From Nibricoccus sp. (GTDB taxonomy: Bacteria > Verrucomicrobiota > Verrucomicrobiia > Opitutales > Opitutaceae), in contig JASGHG010000001.1 in the NCBI GenBank assembly GCA_047602425.1, positions 3,968,001-4,032,000 on the forward strand: a stretch of DNA of 64,000 bases, written 5' to 3'. Numbering within the stretch: the first letter of the stretch is position 1; each line of letters starts with the position of its first letter. Positions 18,621 through 26,990 of this stretch are shown piece after piece. Made by a program: the position numbers and the translations under genes. The notes under the pieces are model-generated. The model was not told where the DNA came from. It saw only the letters and a list, made by a program, of their open reading frames with translations, and did no database searches.

Positions 18621-18980
18621 TTAGGCGGTCGCCACTTTGGCCTTTTTCGAAGGCGACTTGCGCTCGTCAGTGCGGGTGCCGCCGGCCTTTTCGTATTCGG
18701 TGCTGTTTTTCGTGTACTGCACGCCCACCGCCGCGAGCATGGTGGAGGTGAGGTCGTCGAGTGCGGCTTCAGCCGCTTCCAACTCGTTGAGCAGTCCATC
18801 GACCTCCGCGAGCTTGGTATTGTAGTCGGAGAGCTTGGTGGTGACAGCGTCGATTTCGGCTTGGAAGCCGGCCAAGGAGAGTTTTCCGCCGAGGTTTAGC
18901 GAAGGACCGATGGAAGCGAGACCGTCGGCGCGTTGTTGCGCGCGTTCGATCGAAGGGGAGGTACGTTTACGTCTGGCCAT
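18621..18980 (-). CDS. Small helical/coiled-coil protein with basic termini, function unknown
   Basis: MARRKRTS...YNTKLAEVDGLLNELEAAE...YTKNSTEYEKAGGTRTDERK; strong coding bias, own terminator. Confidence 0.85.
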   Translation of the reverse strand: MARRKRTSPSIERAQQRADGLASIGPSLNLGGKLSLAGFQAEIDAVTTKLSDYNTKLAEVDGLLNELEAAEAALDDLTSTMLAAVGVQYTKNSTEYEKAGGTRTDERKSPSKKAKVATA

Positions 18981-19092
18981 GTTTATTTCGAGTTTAGGTT
19001 AATATGGCTCACATCCGCCCGCCAAGGGCTGGAGCACTCCATCGAAACGGTGTGAACAACACCCATTCGCTTGAGGTAATTATTTGCCGGGT

Positions 19093-19161
19093 TCAAGTCC
19101 GTGCCGAACCAACTCAAATGCTATCTATCCTGCTTTGAATTCGTATAAGAAGTATTTAAGT
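19093..19161. repeat. 21-nt periodic degenerate array, left part (interrupted by IS66)
   Basis: Units start at 19093 TCAAGT, 19114 TCAAAT, 19135 TTGAAT, 19156 TTAAGT. Confidence 0.7.
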
Positions 19162-19220
19162 GTAAGAGTCCGACCTGGGTCCCCCTAGATCAGTCGATAT
19201 GGTTGCGGTAGAGTGCGTGG

Positions 19221-19586
19221 ATGGGTGCAATCACAGTGGAAGTAATCGAGACTGGAGAGAAACGTGACCAGCGCGGTCATCGGGTGACACCGGTGGCACG
19301 ACGCGCCGAGTTGGTGCGTGAGTACCAGCACAGCGGCCTGACGCAGGCCGAGTTCGCCCGTCGCGAAGGCATCAAGTACGCGACGTTTGCCGGCTGGGTG
19401 CTGAAGGCAGCGAAACAGCCGCCGGCGCCACGCCCGATACAATTTGCCCAGTTGCGTCTGCCAGCGCCGGTGCCGTCGCCTGCGGTCGAGACGACCGAGT
19501 TGGAGGCGCGCCTGCCCGACGGCACGAGCGTGCGCGGCAACAAGGTGAAAGAACTCGCAGCCCTGGTGCGCGCCCTGCGCGGCTAA
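19221..19586 (+). CDS. tnpA: IS66 accessory protein TnpA (HTH)
   Basis: SGLTQAEFARREGIKYATFAGW; first ORF of the IS. Confidence 0.88.
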   Translation: MGAITVEVIETGEKRDQRGHRVTPVARRAELVREYQHSGLTQAEFARREGIKYATFAGWVLKAAKQPPAPRPIQFAQLRLPAPVPSPAVETTELEARLPDGTSVRGNKVKELAALVRALRG

Positions 19587-19590
19587 ACCG

Positions 19591-19935
19591 ATGTTGGCGT
19601 TTCCTGCGGCGATCAAAATCTACGTGGCGGTGCAACCCGTGGATATGAGAAAACAATTTAACGGCCTGTGGTCAGCGGTCGTCGAACAGCTCAAGGAAGA
19701 TCCCAAAAGCGGCGCGCTCTTCGCCTTCATCAACAAAGAGCGCACGCGCCTCAAACTGTTGTACTGGGATGGCACCGGCATCTGGGTTTTGGCCAAGCGC
19801 CTCGAAAAAGGCCGCTTCTCGTGGCCGGTGGGCACCGACAAAACCAAGCTCTCGCTCACGCCCGAGGCGCTGGCACTTTTGACCGGTGGAGTCGAACTCA
19901 AGCACGGTTCGCTCAAGCCCTGGTACGAGCGATAA
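19591..19935 (+). CDS. tnpB: IS66 accessory protein TnpB
   Basis: PVDMRKQFNGL, LKLLYWDGTG, KRLEKGRFSWP. Confidence 0.95.
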   Translation: MLAFPAAIKIYVAVQPVDMRKQFNGLWSAVVEQLKEDPKSGALFAFINKERTRLKLLYWDGTGIWVLAKRLEKGRFSWPVGTDKTKLSLTPEALALLTGGVELKHGSLKPWYER

Positions 19936-19990
19936 AATAATCCAAATATTATTGGAACATAAACGCTGGTTCGTGTTCTGAGTTGGCGCG

Positions 19991-21466
19991 ATGCCGACCG
20001 TGGAAAAAGTCTACGCCGAAAACCTCGAACTAAAAAACGAGAACGCGGCGTTGCGTGCGCAGGTCGACTGGCTCAAGCGCCAGGTCTTCGGCCCTGGCAA
20101 AAGTGAAACGCTCGACCGGCTGCAAACCGTCCTCGCCCTCGAAGAAGCCGCCAAGTCACAGGCGCCGGCCAAGACCGAGACGATCACCTACGAACGCAAA
20201 ATCACAGCGAAGGAAAAACGCCCGGTTCCCGCCGAGACCTTCAAGGATCTGCCCGTCGCCGAAACGATCGAGATCATCCCCGACGAAGTGAAGGCCCAGC
20301 CCGACCTCTACGAAAAGATCTCCGAGGAGAAGACCTTCGAAGTAGACATCGTCGCTCCGCAGTTGGTGAAGCGTGTGATCATCCGCTCGAAGTACCGCCA
20401 TAAGCTCAACCGCGCACTGCCTCCCGTCATCGCCCCCGCACCAGCTAGGCCGGTGGCAGGTGGTTATGCTTCGGCCGGACTGCTCGCCTGGATCGCGCTC
20501 TCCAAATACGTTGATCATCTGCCTTTGTTCAGGTTGGAGAAAATGTCATCGCGTTGGGGCGCTCAACTCTCGCGCCAGACGATGGCTGACTGGATCGCCA
20601 TCACCGCCGAATGGCTGGAGCCGATTTACAAAACGATGCTCCGGCGCCTGCTCGCCGGAAATTACCTTCAAGCCGACGAGACTCCGATCCGCTGCAACGA
20701 TCCCGATGAAAAACGTGGCGGTACCACCGAAGGCTGGCTGTGGGTCATCAGCCGGCCCGGCGATGACGTTGTCTTCGACTGGCGCCTCTCCCGGCGCCAC
20801 GGCGAACTCACGTCATTGATAAATGGATACACCGGCATCCTTCAATCGGATGGCTGGGGCGCCTACGCCTCGCACGCCAAGCAACACCCCGGCATCACTT
20901 GGGTTGCATGTTGGGCCCATGCCCGTCGACGCTTCTTCGAATCGCAAAGCGAACATCCCAAGGCCGCCGCACTGATCCTGCGCCTCATCGGGCAGCTCTA
21001 CCAAAAAGAACGCGAATGGGACACAGCCAGTGTATCCACAAACCAACGACGCGAACTGCGCCAGCACTACTTTGCCCGACCGCTGCGCTGGCTCAAACGC
21101 ATCGTACTGGCTTTGCGTGAACGCGTGCTCCCAAAATCCGGATTGGGCAAAGCCTGCGACTATCTGCTCCGCCACTGGACACCGCTCACCGCACACCTCG
21201 ATCACGGCGAGACCAAGCTGGATAATAATTTAGTCGAGAATGCCATCAGGCCCTCTGCCATAGGAAAGAAGAACTGGCTCTTCATCGGCCACCCCGATGC
21301 CGGCCAGCGCTCGGCGATCATCTACTCGATTGTCATCTCCTGCCAGCGCCACGGCAAAGACCCGCATGCGTACATGAAGGACGTCCTCACACGCTTGCCG
21401 AGGCTGAGCTCCAAAGACGACCTTGCCACGCTGCTACCCATCAACTGGCAACCGGCATGTCTCTGA
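19991..21466 (+). CDS. tnpC: IS66 DDE transposase TnpC
   Basis: KYVDHLPLFR, LQADET, LQSDGW, CWAHARRRF, DNNLVENAIRP..GKKNWLF. Confidence 0.96.
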   Translation: MPTVEKVYAENLELKNENAALRAQVDWLKRQVFGPGKSETLDRLQTVLALEEAAKSQAPAKTETITYERKITAKEKRPVPAETFKDLPVAETIEIIPDEVKAQPDLYEKISEEKTFEVDIVAPQLVKRVIIRSKYRHKLNRALPPVIAPAPARPVAGGYASAGLLAWIALSKYVDHLPLFRLEKMSSRWGAQLSRQTMADWIAITAEWLEPIYKTMLRRLLAGNYLQADETPIRCNDPDEKRGGTTEGWLWVISRPGDDVVFDWRLSRRHGELTSLINGYTGILQSDGWGAYASHAKQHPGITWVACWAHARRRFFESQSEHPKAAALILRLIGQLYQKEREWDTASVSTNQRRELRQHYFARPLRWLKRIVLALRERVLPKSGLGKACDYLLRHWTPLTAHLDHGETKLDNNLVENAIRPSAIGKKNWLFIGHPDAGQRSAIIYSIVISCQRHGKDPHAYMKDVLTRLPRLSSKDDLATLLPINWQPACL

Positions 21467-21596
21467 TCTGCTCTGAAATGATCAGATCATAATCCTCAGC
21501 ATTATGACCTCCCTCTGATCAGATCCGGATCAGAGCCCTCTTCAGAACTCTCAGCATTATGATCCGTCAATGAGGTCCTCTGAGCGACGCTTACAT

Positions 21597-21827
21597 TTAA
21601 GTGTTTTCGATCCGGACTTGAGTCCGAACGATCTAAACTTCAGTCCGGACGAGTTGGCCCGAAGTGCGAGTCATTGGCATTTGAACCGAACCAATCCCGG
21701 ATTGAGTGCGGCTAACCTGCACTTGAGCGGATACGAACCAGAATAGAGTACGTGCGAGCAGAACTTGAGCCCGAACGAGCAGGATTTGAGCGCAACTCAA
21801 GCTAACTTGGAGACATACCGCTTTTAG
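21597..21827. repeat. 21-nt periodic degenerate array, right part
   Basis: TTGAGY-like hexamer every 21 nt at 21597, 21618, 21639, 21660, 21681, 21702, 21723, 21744, 21765, 21786, 21807. Confidence 0.85.
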
Positions 21828-22483
21828 AGAAAACGCATTAGCACGTGAACGACCTGAAGTGGAGACGAAGCCTGATCTAGGTGATTTGTGTAATAGATGT
21901 GCGATGGGCCATTCTTAATCGTGACGGGTAGCCATCCTCCTTTTGGAACGATCCGATGATTTGGATGGATTAGTCGCTTCGACAATTTTTCGGCCCAATT
22001 GACTGCTGTGTCCTCTTGCACGTACCCCAGCATTCCGACGTCGGTATGTGTCCGCGAGTAATGCCCTGTAAGAAAAGCCGAAAGCCCCTCGTCTCCCACA
22101 TACTCCGCAACTCCCGATCCGCTGTAAAGTCGCTTAGCCTCGAACCGCAATCGAGGGCGCAGACCTCGTTTGTGCTGCTCGAACTCGATGTCCACTATGG
22201 CGCGTCGCTTGCCCTGCTTGCCGGAGGCATTCGACCGAACCTGCTCCGATACTGAATAGCGCTCTGTCCAGATCGGAGCATCCGACTCTTCCATCGCGTC
22301 TTTCATGTGACGGACTAACTCGCCGGTGATGGCGTCTTCTTCCGCTGCGGAAAAATTTTCGCCCGTCATGCGACGATAACCCAGCTCGATCAACACCAAC
22401 GCCTGTTCGCGCAACTCGACGATGTAGACTTCGTGCAGTGGCACGTTCGCCGGTTCACCCTCTTCTCCGTCGCTCTCGATCAT
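21824..22483 (-). CDS. Putative PD-(D/E)xK-fold nuclease
   Basis: EDAIT helix, VDI...FEAKRL motif; ATGA overlap with the upstream MTase stop (translational coupling). Confidence 0.65.
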   Translation of the reverse strand: MIESDGEEGEPANVPLHEVYIVELREQALVLIELGYRRMTGENFSAAEEDAITGELVRHMKDAMEESDAPIWTERYSVSEQVRSNASGKQGKRRAIVDIEFEQHKRGLRPRLRFEAKRLYSGSGVAEYVGDEGLSAFLTGHYSRTHTDVGMLGYVQEDTAVNWAEKLSKRLIHPNHRIVPKGGWLPVTIKNGPSHIYYTNHLDQASSPLQVVHVLMRFL

Positions 22484-25400
22484 ATGTGAGAGCCTTTGGT
22501 TATAGTCTCTGCGATTATCTGGTCGGCATCGATCACTGCCTGGCGACGGGTCCAGTGTAGGCGCTGCATTGGCTTCAATTGGCAGAGCACGCCTTGGTCA
22601 TATATCTTCAAGTTGCGGTCGAAGTAGAGCCACTGGCTGTGCTTTTGGCGGACCTGCGAACGCAATTTCTGAAGGGCCTGCGCAGCATCGCCATCAGCAG
22701 GCAACAAGTTCGGCATAATGGGAGCCGTGGCCTTCGTCAGCGTGACAGAAAACAACGCGGCATCTCCATCGGCCACAGCCTCAAGGCGGTGATGAAGACC
22801 GCGATTGGTGGTCAAGAATTCGTCCAAGCAATCCCGTAGCGTAGTTAGGTAGAGCTTCAGTTCGCTTTCGGACGGTTCCCGCAGTGTCTCAGTCGTGACC
22901 TTCCCCTGATTCAATTCAAGATTGAGGTGAACGAAGTCCTCCACCAACCAGCGCTCGTTCGTCCGCAGGTCCGAGAGCCTTGAATACTTTTTTATTCAAT
23001 TCCTCGATGAGCGCTTCCATGCGCTGCTTGCCAGACTCATTCCAATCCAACTCAGATTGATTGAACTGCTTGGCCGATTGAGATGCCAAGTCCTTCTGTA
23101 GTTCGGACCATTCGTTCAGGTCGGCGGCCGAGAAATCGACCAATGGCACCGGCAGTTCTTTGAGCGTATCCAAGTCTGCTCGGTTCATGTCGATGCCCCA
23201 CTGAGGTGAAGCAAAGAATTGGTGGTAGATACAGAAATCCGAACTCAGAAAGAGACTTAGCGCCCGCAACAGATTTTCCTTTTCGCGCGGGCCTCCGATA
23301 CCAACTTGCCGGGGCGGAATCGCTATAAATTCCTTGGAAAACACTGCGAATCGGCGTGAGGCATCGAGCACGATATGCGGCGGTTCAGATACGGCCGTTG
23401 GCAACTTTGACCGCCCCGCGCGGACGTAGCTTTCGTTAGCAGAAATTTTGTCGAGTGCTTCAGCAGGAAAAGAGAAGAGCCGAGCAGTGCCACGTAACGC
23501 TGAGGTATTGAGTCGAAGTTTTCCTGCAAGCTCGGGATGGTGTTCGAGTTTTTCAGATTTTGCGTCGCCGCTTACTCGCAACTGCAACCCTTCATGGGCG
23601 AACAGCCCCACCTGTTTGGCGAAACCCCCAAATTGCCCAAACCTCTTTCTAAGACGCTGGAATAATCGTTCGTCTCGCGAACAACCCCACATCGCCAATT
23701 TCCAGTGGAGGCCGTTACCTTGAGTAGCGGTCAAATTATCCACTTCCTGCAACTCAGCGCCATTTACCACAATATTCCAAGTGTCGACTTGGCGATTTGG
23801 TTTCTGCGGGCGGTTTGCAACCTGTTCTACAACGAAAGGAGCAAAAGTTAGTAGGACATGGTCAGCTGCCGGCTTTCGGCCTTTGAAGAAGACCGCAGAT
23901 GCAGAGATTTTGGCCCGGCCAGCAAAGAGTACGTAGGATAGATTGGCGAAATTGGCGACGCACCAGACCTCGCAACCACCGAAAAACTGCCGACGAAATG
24001 CGACAGATTCCTTCTTGAACCAAGTCATCGCGGGCACGAGTAAGCCGGCAACTCCCTTTGGATTCAAATGAGTGTTTGTTTTCCACAAGAAGGCTTCGGC
24101 AATCTGATTTCCGCCTGTCGGATGGCTAGCCTTGTGCGCGGTGATCCATCGGCCTGCAAAATAATGCTCATGATCCGACGTAGGAACATTTCGAACCTCA
24201 GCCCAAGGTGGATTACCGACAACCCAGTCGAACGACTCACCACTGAACTTAGCCTGCCAAGCGCCCTGGGTATCGAAAAAGTCGTCCTTGAAGATGTTCG
24301 ACTGGCGCAGAGTGGGGAGCTTGAACGTTGTGCTTTCAAGATCTGGCGGATTGATGTAGTCGAGCAGCGTGAGTACGAGGCTCAGCTCGGCCACCCGACA
24401 TGCGTCGTCGTCCCGGTCGATGCCGAAAATATGCTTCACTAACAGCTCTCGGAGTTCTGGGCCTGTGAGTGAACGTCGTTCTGACCGCATCCTTTTTTCG
24501 ATCAAACGGCGGTAGCACTGCACTAAAAAAATCCCGGACCCGCATGACGGGTCGAGTACCCGCATTCCTTCCCGCAAAGGAAGTTTTTGCTCTAGTTCCG
24601 CAATCACATAATCGGCCAAAGCAATCGGCGTATAGTAGGCTCCTAAGGTCTTGCCGCGTGACTCCTCATCCGGCTTGTCCCTGTCGTGGAGGAATTGCTC
24701 ATAAACGCACGACAGGGTCTCAATGGGAATGTGCGAAAAATCGTAGGCCCGGAAATCGAGATGCAATTGGCCCGTCGCAGCGTCACCGCTGAATACACCG
24801 GCCACCAAACGGAGCTGCGCCTGGGAAATATTTGCAAGCGAATCCTCGCCCAGTTTGAAAACCGATCCGTTCAGCCATTCTTGCAGTTGGTCGTTGACCG
24901 TCCGGAACGCCTTGAGCGTGGCATTTCGACTGAATAAATCACTGGGATCCACACCCCATTTTTTAAGTTTCCGGTCGGAGAGAATCTCGCGATGCCGAAG
25001 ATAATAAAGGTAGACGAACTTTCCGATCAGTCCATGTGAAGTATCCCGCGGCATGTGCTCCTGCAAGCTCTGGTCCAAATCTCGCAAGTGCCGGAGCAAT
25101 GTTTCGTCAACCCGTGCCGATGGGTCCACTTCGTGGCCCCACCGCTTCCAAACCAGACCCTCGTCGATCGCAGTCGCACTGAATTCACTCACCTGGCTTA
25201 ACGTGTCCCCAACCAAACGTGCCACGCTTAGCAGAGACCGATCCTCATCGCGTTTGTAGATGAAGCCTGGATAAACCCGCACTGTCGTGCGCGAGAAGAT
25301 GATGATAAAAGGAACGAGGTTTTGGTTCCAAACGATCTTGTGGATCTCGCGTGCCGTCGTGTCAGATTCGGTTTCGAACACGTAGACGACGGGCACTGCT

Positions 25401-25603
25401 GGCGTGTCGGCTTTTTCTTGGAGAACATACGTGCCGTGGAATCGGCAGTCTTGCTGACGAGCCGTGAGTTCGCGACAGACATCAGATGTGTGACGCAACG
25501 CAAATGAGAGCTCACTCGCAGGCAAATCCTTCGCCTTCACCGGAGTGATAAACTTCGGTGAACTTCCATAGCCGAGTGTATCGATGAGTGATGACTGTGG
25601 CAT
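22480..25603 (-). CDS. Large N6-adenine DNA methyltransferase (Eco57I/Type IIG-like), split by a 1-nt frameshift at ~22968
   Basis: GAYYTP, VLDPSCGSGIFL (motif I), IFGIDRD, VVGNPPW (motif IV). Removing one C gives ...FKALGLRTNERWLVEDFVH..., joining ORF 22480-22947. Confidence 0.88.
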
Positions 25604-25965
25604 TTAGGATTCTGTGATTGAGAAAAGCTGAACCGGTGGTGACGTCACTACTGATTTTAGCTTTCGTGCGAGTATTTTAGCGGAACCTAGTGACAACGTT
25701 ATGTCAGGAGTGGCGACAGTTGATCTAGGGACCAAGCCAACAGGGTCGTGTTTAAGTTGGAGATAGTTGGGATACGGATATTCCCGCGGAGATCGTTAGA
25801 GCGCGGAACAAGCTCGCCTTTGAGCAGGCGTCTGCAGTGGAGAGCCGGGGAAGAGCTTCCTATCCTGCAGTACTTTGTTTGCAGCTGTAAAATGGTTCTT
25901 GTGATTGTGTAGACAACGTTGGCTGCCAAGCGACGCCTAACATCCAACCTCGAACGTCCAAGTGC

Positions 25966-26047
25966 CGGAGAGGCGAGAGGGAAACTGAGACGGAATGTCG
26001 TGCCGGTGGGCCCGGTTTCGAAGAGGATGAGTTCGGCGCCGACTTGG
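25966..26047 (-). pseudogene. Remnant copy of the 3' end of the neighbouring histidine kinase
   Basis: QVGAELILFETGPTGTTFRLSFPLASP versus QIGAELTLAQTGPTGTTFKLKLPLSP at 26994-27075. Confidence 0.75.
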
Positions 26048-26105
26048 TTGGTGCGATGTGAAGCGTCGCATGGGTTTGGCTGCTGGGCTCTCCTCAACTG
26101 AACGC

Positions 26106-26954
26106 TTACGGACGACCGAAATCCTCTAATGGGTCGCGGTCGACGCCCATGAGGGTGCTCATGCTGCGCAGGCCGTCGGACTCTTCGTTGTAGCCGTAAC
26201 TTTTACCCGTGATTTGTTGCAGGACTTTCGCGGCATTGTTCCGGACGTGGACGTAGGGATCGTTCAAGGCGCTCTCCAAAGCGAGGACGCCGGTTCGGCT
26301 GTTGATCCAGCCTAACGCGCGCACGATTTGTAGGCGGAGGTTTTGGTTCTCTTCATTGAGCAGATGATCGGCCAGCACGGGGACGGCGCGTTCATTTCCG
26401 AGAAGTCCCAAGGTGATGGCAGCTTCGGCTTTCGATGGGCCGTCGAAGCTGTTGGTTGTGCCGTAGGTGAGAATCAGGGTGCATTTTTCGATCACAGCGT
26501 CGGCGGAGCAATTGCCGGGAGCGAAGGCGGGGCTGCGAGAGTAGCCGTAGGTGGGCGTTTCACCTTTGATGCGGCTGATGGCGAGTGCGGCTTGTTTCGG
26601 GATGTGTTGGTAACGGTCGCCGGCGGCGGCTTCGAGCGTGGGCAGCGAGGATGGGAAACGAAGCCAGCCCAAGGCACGCACCACTTGGAGGCGCCGGTTG
26701 TTGTTGGATTGGCTTTCGTATTCCGCGACGAGGAGAGGCACGGCTTTTTCGTTGCCGGAAAGTCCGAGAGCGATCACCGCATCGGTTGCATTGGCGGCGG
26801 TCATGCTGGTCGAGCGGTTTTGCTTGATGAGCTTGGCGCACCGTTCAAACAGGTCGTCGGAACTGTTGCCCTCGGCGCCAACGGCCGAACTGGTAAAAAG
26901 CGACAAAACGATGCATAAGGCCAGAAAAGGAAGAATGGAGGAGAGGGTTTTCAT
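26106..26954 (-). CDS. Exported HEAT/PBS-lyase repeat protein (two-fold internal duplication)
   Basis: Signal peptide; two copies of A.I.LGL.GNE.AVP.L...N.RLQ.VRALGW...LE.A..D.Y.H. Confidence 0.85.
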   Translation of the reverse strand: MKTLSSILPFLALCIVLSLFTSSAVGAEGNSSDDLFERCAKLIKQNRSTSMTAANATDAVIALGLSGNEKAVPLLVAEYESQSNNNRRLQVVRALGWLRFPSSLPTLEAAAGDRYQHIPKQAALAISRIKGETPTYGYSRSPAFAPGNCSADAVIEKCTLILTYGTTNSFDGPSKAEAAITLGLLGNERAVPVLADHLLNEENQNLRLQIVRALGWINSRTGVLALESALNDPYVHVRNNAAKVLQQITGKSYGYNEESDGLRSMSTLMGVDRDPLEDFGRP

Positions 26955-26990
26955 GAATGAAACGGGGGGAAGACGGTTGGGAAGAAACGA

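Larger units (their letters stand above)
19162..21594 (+). mobile_element. Complete IS66-family insertion sequence
   Basis: Ends GTAAGAGTC.../...GACGCTTAC; 8-bp target duplication ATTTAAGT at 19154-19161 and 21595-21602; tnpA-tnpB-tnpC order. Confidence 0.96.

Noticed and set aside
21467..21570. Short repeats (TCAGCATTATGA x2, GATC-rich) after tnpC
   Set aside because: They lie inside the IS66 right end and are not in register with the 21-nt array.
21597..21827. CRISPR array interpretation of the periodic repeat
   Set aside because: The unit is only 21 nt with a ~6-nt degenerate conserved part; there are no identical 23-47-nt repeats and no cas genes in the window.
25699..26097. 132-aa ORF as a real gene
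   Set aside because: Only a ~27-aa stretch is recognisable (kinase remnant); the rest has no coding character.
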